A stretch of 64,000 nt of DNA, taken from the NCBI GenBank assembly GCA_000004985.1, contig GG738874.1; one strand, 5' to 3'. How positions within the stretch are numbered: the stretch's first letter is position 1; the number at the start of each line of letters is the position of its first letter. This DNA comes from Naegleria gruberi (taxonomy: Eukaryota). The notes beneath the pieces are model-generated. The model was not told the DNA's origin. It saw only the letters and a list, made by a program, of their open reading frames with translations, and ran no database searches. Shown in pieces: positions 1 through 11,066 of this stretch. Made by a program: the position numbers and the translations under genes.

Positions 1-812
1 AGAAATGGCTCCACTCTGTTGTCATTGACATTAATGGAAATTTTGATCGTTTCATTACTGATATTCATCACCCGAATCATTCCTTGTTGTGTTTTAGTCC
101 AAGAGCTCTCAAATTTCACACTGAAAACAATGAAGCTGTTATCAAAAGATATCATCACAAGACAGGAGATCAATGGATTCATCCACAGCATGGTGTTTTA
201 TTCGAAGGAGGGTATTTAAGTAATTCTTCAGTTCTGTATCCTCCAGTTGAGTTATTTAATCCAACTGGATTTACTGTATTATTGAGGGCATTTGCTGAGT
301 CAACTGATAGAGGAGTAATAATCATGTTTGGACGAGGATACAGATGGTTTGGTATTGATCCATTTGGAATTAGTTTGAGCAATGGTGAAAAACATTTCGA
401 GTTTGCAAATCAATTGAAATTAAGACAGTGGAATGATGTGTGGGTTTCGTATAATAATGTACAATCTCCTGGCACATTTAATGAATCATGTCGTGTCTTT
501 ACTCACAAGAATTCGAATACAAAGAAGGAAATATTTTGCATTGTGAATGGAAATGAATACCAATTTGAAGTTCCAATCGATAATAGGGTTCTTTCTCTAA
601 CAGATAATTATTATATAGAAGATGAAATGGGAATGGAATTTATTGATTATTCATGTGCTAATTGCTTTACAGGGTTTTTCTCCAGTTTAGTTTTATTCAA
701 TCAAAGTTGTAATAGTTTTGATGACTTGAAATTGGTTGCCTCAAACTTTTTGGAAAATCATTCCAAACCAACTGAAACCTATCAAGAAGTATTAAAAGAT
801 AAATCCAACTAA
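1..812 (+). CDS. 5'-partial CDS with a ConA-like/LamG-like or pentraxin-like beta-sandwich domain; the reading frame stays open to the window edge (the ORF track starts at a TTG at 84 only because no ATG exists)
   Basis: Frame 3 has no stop from nt 3 to the TAA at 810-812. The translation (...VLFEGGYLSNSSVLYPPVELFNPTGFTVLLRAFAESTDRGVIIMFGRGYRWFGIDPFGISLSNGEKHFEFANQLKLRQWNDVWVSYNN...) has the alternating hydrophobic pattern of LamG/pentraxin sandwiches. The N-terminus lies upstream of the window. Confidence 0.45.
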   Translation, partial: KWLHSVVIDINGNFDRFITDIHHPNHSLLCFSPRALKFHTENNEAVIKRYHHKTGDQWIHPQHGVLFEGGYLSNSSVLYPPVELFNPTGFTVLLRAFAESTDRGVIIMFGRGYRWFGIDPFGISLSNGEKHFEFANQLKLRQWNDVWVSYNNVQSPGTFNESCRVFTHKNSNTKKEIFCIVNGNEYQFEVPIDNRVLSLTDNYYIEDEMGMEFIDYSCANCFTGFFSSLVLFNQSCNSFDDLKLVASNFLENHSKPTETYQEVLKDKSN

Positions 813-863
813 TCTTCCATTTTTATTTTAATAAAGACATTGAATTCATTGAAAGTAGATGAT

Positions 864-1352
864 TTACCAAAGTCCTTCCGAGTGGAATACCAGTAAAAAC
901 ACTCCACCAATTCCGTATGCATTAATTTCATATTCAGAACCTCCAATATGACATTCGTAATATCTATGATATCTGAAAGCTTGTAATCTTCCAACCTTTT
1001 CACATAATTTCTCTAATTTCTTCATCATTGGCTTATGTTCTTCCGGATAATTAAGTGCTTGACGGTCACTCATTGGTTTATCTTTTTTCATTCCTTCCAT
1101 CCGTGCAATTGTTTCAGTATTCAAAAGTTGTGGAACTTGATGCTGGGGATGACAATAAAGTCGAGTCTCAAGTTTTGACATGTAATCAACTGTTCGATAG
1201 CATGGATTCATCTGTTGAATACTCCACAAATAATTCATTAATTCATTGATTCGTATTGTGTGTAGTTGATGGGCTTGTTGTTGTCGGAATTTTCTAATCA
1301 AAAGTGGAGAAGATTGTAAATCATTGAAAATCAGAACAACACATGATGACAT
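864..1352 (-). CDS. hypothetical protein (162 aa), function not recognised
   Basis: ATG-initiated ORF on the minus strand with host-like codon usage, convergent with the upstream gene. No recognisable motif. Confidence 0.4.
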   Translation of the reverse strand: MSSCVVLIFNDLQSSPLLIRKFRQQQAHQLHTIRINELMNYLWSIQQMNPCYRTVDYMSKLETRLYCHPQHQVPQLLNTETIARMEGMKKDKPMSDRQALNYPEEHKPMMKKLEKLCEKVGRLQAFRYHRYYECHIGGSEYEINAYGIGGVFLLVFHSEGLW

Positions 1353-1442
1353 TTTTATGATCTTGTTTTAACTCTTTCGAAAACACAAAACGTTCAATTT
1401 TGACGCTTAAGAAAACAATTTCTTGAGAATCTTTATTTTTTA

Positions 1443-4400
1443 TTAAAGAATGAAAGAAATAAACAATAAGGCAATAGCCAAGATTAAATTGAAAAGAGGA
1501 GTAGTTAAAGGAGAGTTGTTAATTCTTGCTGATTGTTGGGGAATGGTGATTGAACTGGATACTGAAATCAGTTTTTCACAATTGGTTCCAATGAAACCAA
1601 TTGAACATTTGCATGTATCTGTTGAAATGCATTGACCATTTCCTGAACAAACATTTGAAGTATCATTTGACAATTTTCCATAACATTGAATGAGTTTACA
1701 TTCAGGCCCATACCAATCCTTATCACATTTGCACAAGTTAAAATCCATACATTGCCCATGTCCAGAACAAACATTTGGCGTGTCATTTGACAATTTTCCA
1801 AAACATTGAATGAGTTCACAATCAGGGCCATACCAATCCTTATTGCATTGACATGTATCTGTTGAAATACATTGACCATGTCCAGAACAAACATTTGAGG
1901 TATCTGACAATTTTCCAAAACATTGAATAAGTTTACAATCAGGGCCATACCAATCCTTATTGCATTGACATGTATCTGTTGAAATACATTGCCCATTTCC
2001 TGAACAAACATTTGACGTATCATTTGACAATTTTCCAAAACATTGAAATAGCTTACAATCAGGCCCATACCAATCCTTATCACATTTACACAAGTTAAAA
2101 TCCATACATTGCCCATGTCCAGAACAACCCGATGAATTAGAGATACCAAAGCAGATAGGAGTATTGCATGAAGAACCAACCCAAGTCGAATTACATTCAC
2201 ACAAATCTTTTCCGATACATTGACCATGAGAATTGCAAGTGAGTGGATCATTACTTTGAATTCCAAAACAAGAGAAGTATTCACAATTGGCTCCACTAAA
2301 ACCATTATCACAAGTACACTTTTCATAATCTAAACATTTACCCCTCGATTGACAAACAGCAGAATCATTACTTAACAAACCATTACATGTGGTAATGTTG
2401 CAAGTTTCTCCAATCCAACCAATTTCACATTCACACAAATTGACATCAACACAAGCACCTTGGGATGGTCCACCACAAGAATTATTACCAAACTTTCCAT
2501 AACAGATTGGTGTGCATATTAAGGAATTTTCACTCAGACGAAAACCATCTTCTTCACAGTATGGAACTGCCACCCTAACCAAGCCATTACGAAAGATACC
2601 AGTATCTGAATATATTAAATTTCCTTGTTCATCAATGAAGATAGAGTCTGGGCATGAAACAATAGTTTCATTTCCTTTCACATTGTCTCTCATCTCAAAA
2701 CCTGTCTGTCCATTACCAATAATTGTTGAGATATTTCCATCCAATGCTGAAATCTTTCTTATAGCATGGGCATCACAATCAGGAAAAATTACATCACCAA
2801 CTTTGGTTGTAATAACAGATGCAGGATTAATAATAGATGCCAAAAGAGCAGAACCACCATCTCCAGTTGATAGCACAATTCCATTTCCTGTAACAGCATG
2901 AATGATACCGTCTTTGCTTATTCTTCTAATTCTGTTATTTCCTATATCAGTGAAATAAATATCTCCATCCACACTCACTGTAATACCATATGGATTATTG
3001 AGTTTTGCCTTAATTGCCTCAATTTCATCATTGTTATAACCAGCATATATACCACCAGCAATAGTAGAAATAATTCCTGTATCATAAGAAATCTTTCTAA
3101 TATTATTAGCATAACAAGAATCTGTAAAATAAATGTCACCTCTCCATGATACTACCAATCTGTTTGGACATAAATAGGCTTCAGATGCCAATCCACCATC
3201 GCCCAAACCACCAGCTAGAGTACTAATAATTCCATTGGTAGATACTGTTCTGATATAAGCTCTGTCAATTATATATAAATCTCCATTTGGTCCAACCTTT
3301 GAGAATGATGGAACTACACTAGTCATGTTGGCAAGAACATCATTTTCGATATCAGTAGTATTTCCGTTTCCAGCAATAGTTGAAATAACACCATTAGAAA
3401 TCTTTCTTAATCTAGAATTATCTGAAATGTAAATGTCACCATTTTGATCTACTGAAACACTTGTTGGCTTATTGAGTTGTGCATCAGTTGCAAGAATATC
3501 ATCTCCATTGTAACCTTCAACTCCAGTACCACAAATAATTGAATTTTGTAAAGTGGAAAGTGTAATATTGTTCAAAGTGGAATCTGATAGTAATACTAAA
3601 AGATACAATCCATCATTTGTAAGTGCAACATCTAAAGGAGATGCTACATTTTGTACAATGTCAATTATGCCACTTGTCAAATTAACAACTCTAATTGCAT
3701 TATTACCATTACAAGCAACATATAACAATTCTTCATCAGAAGAGAAAGCCATACCATTAGGATTTGAAATTGCTGCCTCGATAGCATTACCTCCATCTCC
3801 ACTATAATCATCAACCCCAGTTCCACAAATTGTTGTGATATTTCCATTGAGTGATATCTTTTGAACTCGATGAGTATTTGTGGAAAAGTAAATTTCACCC
3901 ATCTTGCTAACAAGAACTCTAACTGGATTACCTATCATTGAATCAATAGCTCTTACGTTTTCTCCACTGTATCCTGCAACACCAGGTTTACCAGCAATGG
4001 TTGTTATAATTCCCAAAGTTGAAATCTTTCTAATACATGAGTTTAAACTGTCAGCAATAATCATTTCACTAGTGCTTGGTAAAAAGTCAATTCCAGTTGC
4101 TCTACTGATAACTGAATATTTGGCATTGTATCCATCACCTCCAAATTGACCATTGGTTCCAGCAACTCTTATCAATGTGCCATTCCAAAATAGTTTGTAA
4201 ATTGAATTACTGAATGAAACAAATAACTCTTTTGTAATTGGTGAAACGGAAAGTCCAATAATGCTCTGGATTGATTCGAGCGGATTAATAACGTTAGGGA
4301 CAATAGTAGAGTCATCTAGACGGTTACCGTTACCTGCAATAGTTGAAACAATTTGATTCTTGTCAACCTTTCTAATTCTGCAATCATGTGAAATATATGT

Positions 4401-5618
4401 AATGCCATCAATTGAAACAACTTGACTAATATAGCCCAAAGCTGCTTTTGATGCTGGCAACCCATCTCCTCCATATACATTTGTATTACCAATTACTGTT
4501 TCAATAATTCCAGTTTGTTTTGAAATTTTACGTATCTTCAAATTTCCAGTGTCAGTAACATAAACATCTCCATTTTTAGAAACTGAGATTCCTGTTGGAT
4601 AAGCAAATTTGGCATTGATTGCGGGACCACCATCACCATAATTACCACTATCCATACTTCCACCAATTGTAGAAATGTAACCGCTGCTATTGACCATTCT
4701 AATAACGTTATTATTATCAATAATGTATAATGTACCATCAGGAGTGGAAACGACACCAGTTGGAAAATTCAATGCTGCATTGGTTGCCAAGCCTCCATCA
4801 CCAGAGTATCCTACATCTCCATTACCTGCGATTGTTGAAATAATTGCAGTGCTGCCATCAATCTTTCTAATTCTATGATTAAGTGAATCACAAAAGTAAA
4901 TGTCACCATTAGTGGAATTGACAAATAATCCTGTTGGTGTGTTTATCCTGGCAGTGAGTGCTGGTCTATTATCACCTCCAAAATTATTGATACCATTACC
5001 ACAGATTGTTACAACTGCACCATTTGAGATCTTTCTAATTCTGTGATTATTCCTATCAGCAAAGATTACATCAGAATTTATCAAACCAATACCAAAAGGA
5101 CGTGAAACTTTTGATAACTTAGCTTGTCCATCATTAAATCCTGAAGAACCAGGAATGCCAGCAATTACACTTATCTTTCCACTCTTCATGTCAATTTTTC
5201 TCACCAAATCATTGTAATAATCTGAAAAGTAAATATCACCAGTTTCTTTTGATACTACAATGCCTCTAGGTTCATTAATTTGAGCAAGCAGAGCCAATTG
5301 ATTTGCGCCACCATCACTATAACTACCTGGTAATTCACCTGTACCAGCAATCGCTTTTATCACATTACCAGATGTTGCTTTAATGGTATTAGCATCTGTG
5401 AAAACTAGTTCATCTTGTTCATTGAAGAATAATGCCAAGGGACTGTCGAGGGAAAGAGATGTCAAGTTATAACCATCACCCAGTAAGTTTCCACCTGCAA
5501 ATGTACTGGTTGTGTATTTCACAGGTTTCAAGTTGACCGTTGTCTTGCACAACACCATGTTGTTGGTTAACAACAACAATATTAAACAAACAAAGACATT
5601 GAACCAGAGTGCTGTCAT
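1443..5618 (-). CDS. secreted, probably GPI-anchored surface protein with about 16-18 NHL-type beta-propeller repeats followed by about 9 tenascin-type EGF repeats (1391 aa, intronless)
   Basis: ATG at 5618. N-terminal signal peptide MTALWFNVFVCLILLLLTNNMVLC. Repeated ...GNG..GYSGDGG.A..A.LN.P.G...d..G.lYiaD..N..IRki blades (NHL/YD-like). C-terminal Cys-rich units C.G....d...C.G.G.C.....C.C...W.G..C...C (EGF). Ser-rich stalk plus terminal hydrophobic tail LFNLILAIALLFISFIL immediately before the stop, typical of a GPI signal. Confidence 0.8.
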   Translation of the reverse strand: MTALWFNVFVCLILLLLTNNMVLCKTTVNLKPVKYTTSTFAGGNLLGDGYNLTSLSLDSPLALFFNEQDELVFTDANTIKATSGNVIKAIAGTGELPGSYSDGGANQLALLAQINEPRGIVVSKETGDIYFSDYYNDLVRKIDMKSGKISVIAGIPGSSGFNDGQAKLSKVSRPFGIGLINSDVIFADRNNHRIRKISNGAVVTICGNGINNFGGDNRPALTARINTPTGLFVNSTNGDIYFCDSLNHRIRKIDGSTAIISTIAGNGDVGYSGDGGLATNAALNFPTGVVSTPDGTLYIIDNNNVIRMVNSSGYISTIGGSMDSGNYGDGGPAINAKFAYPTGISVSKNGDVYVTDTGNLKIRKISKQTGIIETVIGNTNVYGGDGLPASKAALGYISQVVSIDGITYISHDCRIRKVDKNQIVSTIAGNGNRLDDSTIVPNVINPLESIQSIIGLSVSPITKELFVSFSNSIYKLFWNGTLIRVAGTNGQFGGDGYNAKYSVISRATGIDFLPSTSEMIIADSLNSCIRKISTLGIITTIAGKPGVAGYSGENVRAIDSMIGNPVRVLVSKMGEIYFSTNTHRVQKISLNGNITTICGTGVDDYSGDGGNAIEAAISNPNGMAFSSDEELLYVACNGNNAIRVVNLTSGIIDIVQNVASPLDVALTNDGLYLLVLLSDSTLNNITLSTLQNSIICGTGVEGYNGDDILATDAQLNKPTSVSVDQNGDIYISDNSRLRKISNGVISTIAGNGNTTDIENDVLANMTSVVPSFSKVGPNGDLYIIDRAYIRTVSTNGIISTLAGGLGDGGLASEAYLCPNRLVVSWRGDIYFTDSCYANNIRKISYDTGIISTIAGGIYAGYNNDEIEAIKAKLNNPYGITVSVDGDIYFTDIGNNRIRRISKDGIIHAVTGNGIVLSTGDGGSALLASIINPASVITTKVGDVIFPDCDAHAIRKISALDGNISTIIGNGQTGFEMRDNVKGNETIVSCPDSIFIDEQGNLIYSDTGIFRNGLVRVAVPYCEEDGFRLSENSLICTPICYGKFGNNSCGGPSQGACVDVNLCECEIGWIGETCNITTCNGLLSNDSAVCQSRGKCLDYEKCTCDNGFSGANCEYFSCFGIQSNDPLTCNSHGQCIGKDLCECNSTWVGSSCNTPICFGISNSSGCSGHGQCMDFNLCKCDKDWYGPDCKLFQCFGKLSNDTSNVCSGNGQCISTDTCQCNKDWYGPDCKLIQCFGKLSDTSNVCSGHGQCISTDTCQCNKDWYGPDCELIQCFGKLSNDTPNVCSGHGQCMDFNLCKCDKDWYGPECKLIQCYGKLSNDTSNVCSGNGQCISTDTCKCSIGFIGTNCEKLISVSSSITIPQQSARINNSPLTTPLFNLILAIALLFISFIL
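1650..2160 (-). repeat. coding tandem repeat: 5-6 near-identical 123-bp (41-aa) EGF units inside the NHL/EGF gene
   Basis: The DNA unit ...ccaatccttatcacatttgcacaagttaaaatccatacattgcccatgtccagaacaaacatttg...caattttccaaaacattgaa... recurs head-to-tail with roughly 90% or higher nucleotide identity. It encodes CFGKLSNDTSNVCSG(N/H)GQCISTDTCQCNKDWYGPDCKLIQ. One copy lacks one codon (KLSDTSNV). Confidence 0.85.
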
Positions 5619-5846
5619 TTTTTTGTTTAGTGAATTTGTCTTTTCGGCTCTTTAGTGCTTGACATTAATACGAAATACTCAACTTTCGGTTTTACGGTGA
5701 ACTCTGTTTATGCGACCAATGAGAAACATTGTAAAGTGAGATTTGGCATCGTTTTATCCCAATTAAATCAACACTTTAGTAAGTGAATCTGCTAATGCTA
5801 CTGTAGAAGGACTTTGTATAAACTACTGTTCAAGAAAAATGTCATT

Positions 5847-7329
5847 CTAATAAAAGGGTGGAGGAAGAATTAAGAATAGCCACTGAATGAATTTTGAGTT
5901 TGAGATATTCCACGGATGATGGTGGTTCTTGTTCAATAAATGCAAGATATTCACATTGGGAAAAAGTAGTGACATTTTTGAATAGGTTTCCTTTCCATCT
6001 TGAAGTATGATCAATTCTGACACATTTGGATTGGAATTAGGATTGTCTGGTATTTCTATTTCCGACATCCAGAATACAGTCTTTAAATTTTTACATGATG
6101 GTAAGGTTGCAATATTATTTGAATTGACATCAATGGCTTCCACAGAGTTGACAAAGTGTTTAACAATATTCCTTGGGGGATCGGTATTTTTTTCTCCAAG
6201 ATCTCCCCAATCTTTAAGATTTGGGGCAAGAGTTTGTAAAGAATTAATTAATTTTTCAAATTGTTCATCAGTGAATTCATATGATGGACCAATATCAACA
6301 AATTCCAAGTTAGGATTTGGTTTTCCTCCAAAATAGATATCTTCTTCTTGTCTTGAATATTCCCCTTCATACCACATTCTTCGAGCTGTGAAACTTTTCA
6401 ATTTTGGAAAGTCTCCCAGTCTTTTCAATATCGCACCAGAGATAAATGAAACAGGTTGTACATCTATTTCTTCAATGTTTGATTGTTTTTCCAAGAATTT
6501 TCCAAGGCCTTCATCAGTAATATCCAATTCTAATTGACCTAAACTATTATCACTATTGATAGAAAGTGTTTTCATTCCACTACCTCCTCCCACTGGAATG
6601 AAAACTTCTTGTTTCAAATTGAGAACCAGTGTTTCTAATTTTCTAGTCTTGGTTAAAATTTTGAAAAGCTTATTCTTTGTGAGAGGTATGTCGTCAAGTT
6701 CCAATTCTTTCAAGTTATAACCCAAAGGTTCATCTTTAATTGTTTTAATTATTCTTGTGGAAGTATCTGAGCTAGTATATGAATTGAATAAATCATCATC
6801 TGTAATTTTAATAGGAAGAGTCTCTACTTGCATTTCAAGTATATATTCTTCATCACTCCTAATATCCAAAAATCCATACACTATTCTAAAATCCATTCTT
6901 TCAAATTTGAGACTGTTTGTTATATCAGTAATTGTAAAAGAGAGCTCTGTTTTCCTTTTCAATTTCCTTCAATAAAACCTCAAGCTGACTCTTCTATCCA
7001 AATACCAGAAAACTTTTGTCTATTTTCATATAAGTTTTAATATTCTAGAAAACAAACCTCAACATATTCACCAGTGATTTTTTCTCAACTCTTGGGTTAT
7101 TCAATGTTGGTTTCTTGGAAAACCCTACACACAGCTGTGTATTTACATGCTCGACTATCCATTCATAATTTGCCTTTGATGTCATGGCAAGCATTAAAAC
7201 ACCTCCGACTGGCAAATATTGTATAATCACAGACCATTCATCTCTTGAAAGATTGGTTATTGAGTAATTTGTTTTACATGATTCGGAAAGTTGTTGTTGA
7301 TCATCAGATTTGATTTTCCCGCTCATCAA
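5847..7329 (-). CDS. F-box protein with a leucine-rich-repeat-like C-terminal region. Two exons: F-box exon 7058..7329, then LRR-like exon 5847..6966
   Basis: Exon 1 (ATG at 7329) encodes the F-box-like ...DEWSVIIQYLPVGGVLMLAMTSKANYEWIV. The GTTTGT donor after ...NMLR and the acceptor ...tattgaag|g restore the frame into the 371-aa ORF (KLKRKTELSFTITD...), which has LxxLxL-rich repeats. Predicted intron about 6967-7057 (91 nt). The join is inferred, not proven. Confidence 0.45.
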
Positions 7330-7672
7330 TTTCCTCTTGGATTACCTTTTCATTTTTTTAAAATTATGAGAAAATATTTTGAAATAATTTTCATGGGTAG
7401 GTTTACACTCTTGAAGATTGAATTCACAACATAGTCAATTAAGATCTCCATTCTTCAAATTTTTCATATGAATTTGGAAGAATCCCAAAGTTGGAAATTG
7501 GTAAAAATTGTTGCGCACTTTTATTGCAATTAAAAACTTGCCTTGCACATTCTAATAATACGCACTCACCGCACCTCCTTAGAAAAAAATCATACGAGGT
7601 GAGAATATTTCAAATAAATAGTCTGTATGAAATATTCATCTCATTCTCCAATTCAAAACAAAACACAAAAAC

Positions 7673-8440
7673 ATGTCCTCAAACAATAATCAATCTAAAC
7701 TCGTCGTTATTACTGGAGCTAGCAGTGGAATTGGTGCTACAACTGCTGTCGAATTTGCTGCCAAAGGTTACAAACTTTTATTGTTGGCCAGAAGATTGGA
7801 CAGATTAGAGCAATTGGTAAAAGATTCAAGCAATAGTTTGTCATTTGAAAATACTGTTATTCATCAATGTGATATCATTCAAGTTGACCAAATTAAGGAA
7901 GGTATTGAAAAGGCCAAAAAGCAATTCAACATTTCTTCTGTTGATTGTTTAATTAACAATGCAGGTGTCATGTTGTTGCAACCACTCCTCACTCAACCAT
8001 TATCCGATCAAAATCAAATGTTTGACACAAATGTAAAAGGTCTCTTGAATGCATCACACGCTGTCCTCAAGGAAATGGTTGAAAACAAACAAGGCACCAT
8101 TATCAACATTAGTAGCATTGCGGGAACTAAATCTTTCCCTTCAGCAGCTGCCTACTGTGGTACCAAACATGCTGTTCATGCAATTTCTGAAACTTTGAGA
8201 AGTGAAGTTGCTGGTTCAAAAGTTAGAGTTGTGATTGTTTCTCCTGGCTTTACAGAGAGTGAATTGTTAGGTCACAATGAAAAGGAAAACTCAGAAGGAT
8301 TTGAAGCAATGGTCAACTCATGGGAGATGGGAGCTCTCAAATCCAAAGATATTGCTGATGCCATTCTTTATGCCTATGAAGCACCAAAGCATGTTTGCGT
8401 AAGAGAAATTAAATTAGCCCCAACAGAACAAACTGTTTAA
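7673..8440 (+). CDS. short-chain dehydrogenase/reductase (SDR) family oxidoreductase, 255 aa
   Basis: N-terminal Rossmann motif VITGASSGIGATTA, an NNAG motif and the catalytic YCGTKHAV (YxxxK). Single exon from ATG 7673 to TAA 8440. Confidence 0.85.
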   Translation: MSSNNNQSKLVVITGASSGIGATTAVEFAAKGYKLLLLARRLDRLEQLVKDSSNSLSFENTVIHQCDIIQVDQIKEGIEKAKKQFNISSVDCLINNAGVMLLQPLLTQPLSDQNQMFDTNVKGLLNASHAVLKEMVENKQGTIINISSIAGTKSFPSAAAYCGTKHAVHAISETLRSEVAGSKVRVVIVSPGFTESELLGHNEKENSEGFEAMVNSWEMGALKSKDIADAILYAYEAPKHVCVREIKLAPTEQTV

Positions 8441-8830
8441 ACAATAAACCTTATTTAAATTCTCAAATAACAGTTACTTCTCCCAACAGCAAGTGAACTG
8501 ATCATGCGACGAGGAATTAATATTTTCCAATTTATTCAAGTCACCAACCTTCAACTGTATGTCAACATTGTTAATTCATTCCCTATCGCATTTCCATCAT
8601 CCAAAAAACCGTAATTCCTTTCCATACTGATATGGTTATGAGGGAAATTTATCATCCCAAAAAAAAGCGCCTCTGTTCACCCTTGATGGCTACGTAGCTC
8701 TTTTGTTTTCGGAAGGTGAACGAGACATCATACCACCATACCATGTATTCAACAGCCATAATTGTATGCACTTTCAACAATGGTGGTGGTCTTGTGGCGT
8801 TCACAGTTGCAATCTTCATTCAAAAGAAAA

Positions 8831-10632
8831 ATGTTTAGAAATCTAGATAGATTCTCTGTTAAATTAATTGCTTCGATATTATTCTTGTTGACTATCACTT
8901 CATTGGTTGTGAATGTTTCAGCTGATACTACCATCACAGAATTAGCTTCGGATGTAGATGCTGGTTGGACTTTGATAAATGGTGCTCTCGTAATGTGTAA
9001 GTATATATTTCAATTGACCCAAAGTCTAACCTTCCATTAAATTGAATTAATAGTTATGCAGGCTGGGTATGTTAAATATTGGAAATGTAATTTCTGAAAT
9101 AATCTAGTTTCGCATTCCTGGAAGCTGGTGGTGTTCGTTCTAAAAACGTTGCCAATATCTTATTGAAAATTGTCATGTCTGTTGCCATTTCAACAATGGC
9201 TTGGTTCTGTATTGGTTATGGAATTGCTTTTGGTGACCAACTTACAGAAACCAGAAATGGGTTCTTTGGAAATTCTGGATTTTTCATGCTTGGAGGAGGA
9301 GAGTCAAACTCACAATTCTTTTTCCAATGGAGTTTTGCTGCCGTTGCCAGTTCGAGTAAGTGTTTCTTGTGAATTTTGATCTGACATGTGCTGTTCCAAT
9401 TAACATCTGTAGTTGTAAGTGGTGCCGTGGCTGAAAGAATGAATTTATCTGCATTCTTCATGTGTTCATTCTTAATGACTGCCTTCATTTATGCACCTGT
9501 TGTCCATTGGATTTGGTCCTCGACAGGTTGGTTGTCAGGATTCAATAAGGTATTTTTCAGAGTGGGAAATGTTGGTGTGGCTGACTTTGCTGGTGGTGTC
9601 GTTGTTCACGTAAGTATTTAGAATTTTGCTGCTTTCTTAATTGTTATAGTTGACTGGAGGAATTTGTGGCCTCGTTGGAGCTGTAATGGTTGGTCCAAGA
9701 ATTGGAAGATTCGTCAATGGAAAAGCTGTCAAGATCGAAGGACACAACAAGACATTAGTTTTGTTGGGTGGCTTGATTTTGTGGTTTGGTTGGGTAAGTA
9801 TTCTCTTCAGTATTTTGATGGCTTACTCTTTAAGTATGGATTTAACGCTGGATCATCCACTCTTAGTGGTGGTTTATCTAAAATTGCTGGTTTTGCCAGT
9901 ACCAACACAACTATTGCTGGTGCTGCTGGAGCCATGATGTGCATGTTGTGGTCTTGTCTCCAAAGTGGACAATATGACCTTACTGAAAGTTTGAACGGTT
10001 GCTTGGCAGGTTGTGTCGCAATCACACCAATATGTGCCTTTGTTGAGCCATGGGCTGCTGTTTTGATTGGTGCCACAGGTGCTATGGTTTATATTGGTGG
10101 AGCCTGGTTATTAGAGGTTTTGCATGTTGATGATCCAGTGAGCGCCGTTCCTGTTCATGCATTCTGTGGTGCTTGGGGATTGTTCTTGGGTGGATTATTC
10201 TCCACAAAATCAAGGTAAGTAAGCTAGTTCATTAATTCCTTAATATCTTCTAGTATTGCTCTCTATTTTGGTCTTGATTCCTCTTCGACATACTATGGTT
10301 TGTTCTACAGTATGAATTGGGAATTGTTGGGTGTGAATCTTTTTGCTATTGCTGTTGTAACTGTTTGGGTAACCTTCGCTTCAGTAATCATGTTCTTCTT
10401 CATTGATATCACCATTGGTTTGAGAGTTCCTCCACAAGATGAATTAGTTGGTTTGGATCACAAGTATGGTGGTGTTGCCTACACCAATGAAGATATTCAT
10501 CATAGTTATGGTTTTGGAGGTGAGTCTGGAACTGAACATTCCTTAACACGTTCAGCCTACAAGACTGCCCGATCCGTCAAGACTAGCAATACTACCTCTC
10601 AACGTTCAAATGGTTCTTCCTCTCGCAAATAG
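8831..10632 (+). CDS. amt: ammonium transporter (Amt/MEP family), tandem copy 1; 7 exons including a 13-nt micro-exon (9054-9066); N-terminal signal-peptide-like leader
   Basis: Spliced translation gives ...DAGWTLINGALVM|FMQAG|FAFLEAGGVRSKNVANILLKIVMSVAISTMAWFCIGYGIAFGD...SSSGAVAERMNLSAFFMCS...VPVHAFCGAWGLFLGGLFSTKSR...NWELLGVNLF...GLRVPPQDELVGLDHKYGGVAY, the canonical Amt signatures. Introns start GTAAGT/GTATGT, are 39-90 nt and end ...AG. Exon 1 is 8831..8996 and exon 3 is 9108..9356. Confidence 0.8.
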
Positions 10633-11066
10633 AGTAGCAATATTATATCCTCTCTAATATTCGTCATCAATTTCCTTCTCCCTTACTACCTATCCTTTTA
10701 CTTCCCAAGTTTTTGTATTTTTAATAGTAAGTTACAAAGCCTCTCATATTTCATCATGTACAAATACTTTGCAACTTTGTAGAATTGCCTTACATCATTT
10801 CTAACATTTCTTTTATCAGCCTTGATATTAGCCTTTCAGTGATTCGCTGTGTTTGCGTACTTTGTCATTTACCGCTTTTTTCTTTAAGAAAGACTTCCAA
10901 TCTTATTATGGCTGTGCGCGCAAATTAATCCAAAAGAAAAAATGTCTCACGTAACTTGGTGTCTCTACGTGGGAGAAGCAACATTACAACATTCTTTCAG
11001 TCTTCATCAAAACAATAATGCTAATGGATTGTCATTTCCGAGTATAAAATTTAGAAAGGACACTAT

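Noticed and set aside
1650-2160. Regularly spaced near-identical 123-bp direct repeats that could superficially suggest a CRISPR-like array or satellite
   Set aside because: They are in-frame coding units of EGF-like domains inside a eukaryotic gene, with no spacer/repeat alternation. This is a eukaryotic genome.
1568-2326. 252-aa minus-strand ORF overlapping the EGF-repeat region, plus other internal or antisense ORFs (such as 2512-2901 +, 28049-28474 +, 47070-47318 -, 35500-35928 +, 52156-52689 +)
   Set aside because: These are alternative-frame or antisense read-throughs of repetitive or low-complexity coding sequence that belongs to the well-supported large genes. Their translations are low-complexity and repeat-derived, with no independent start context.
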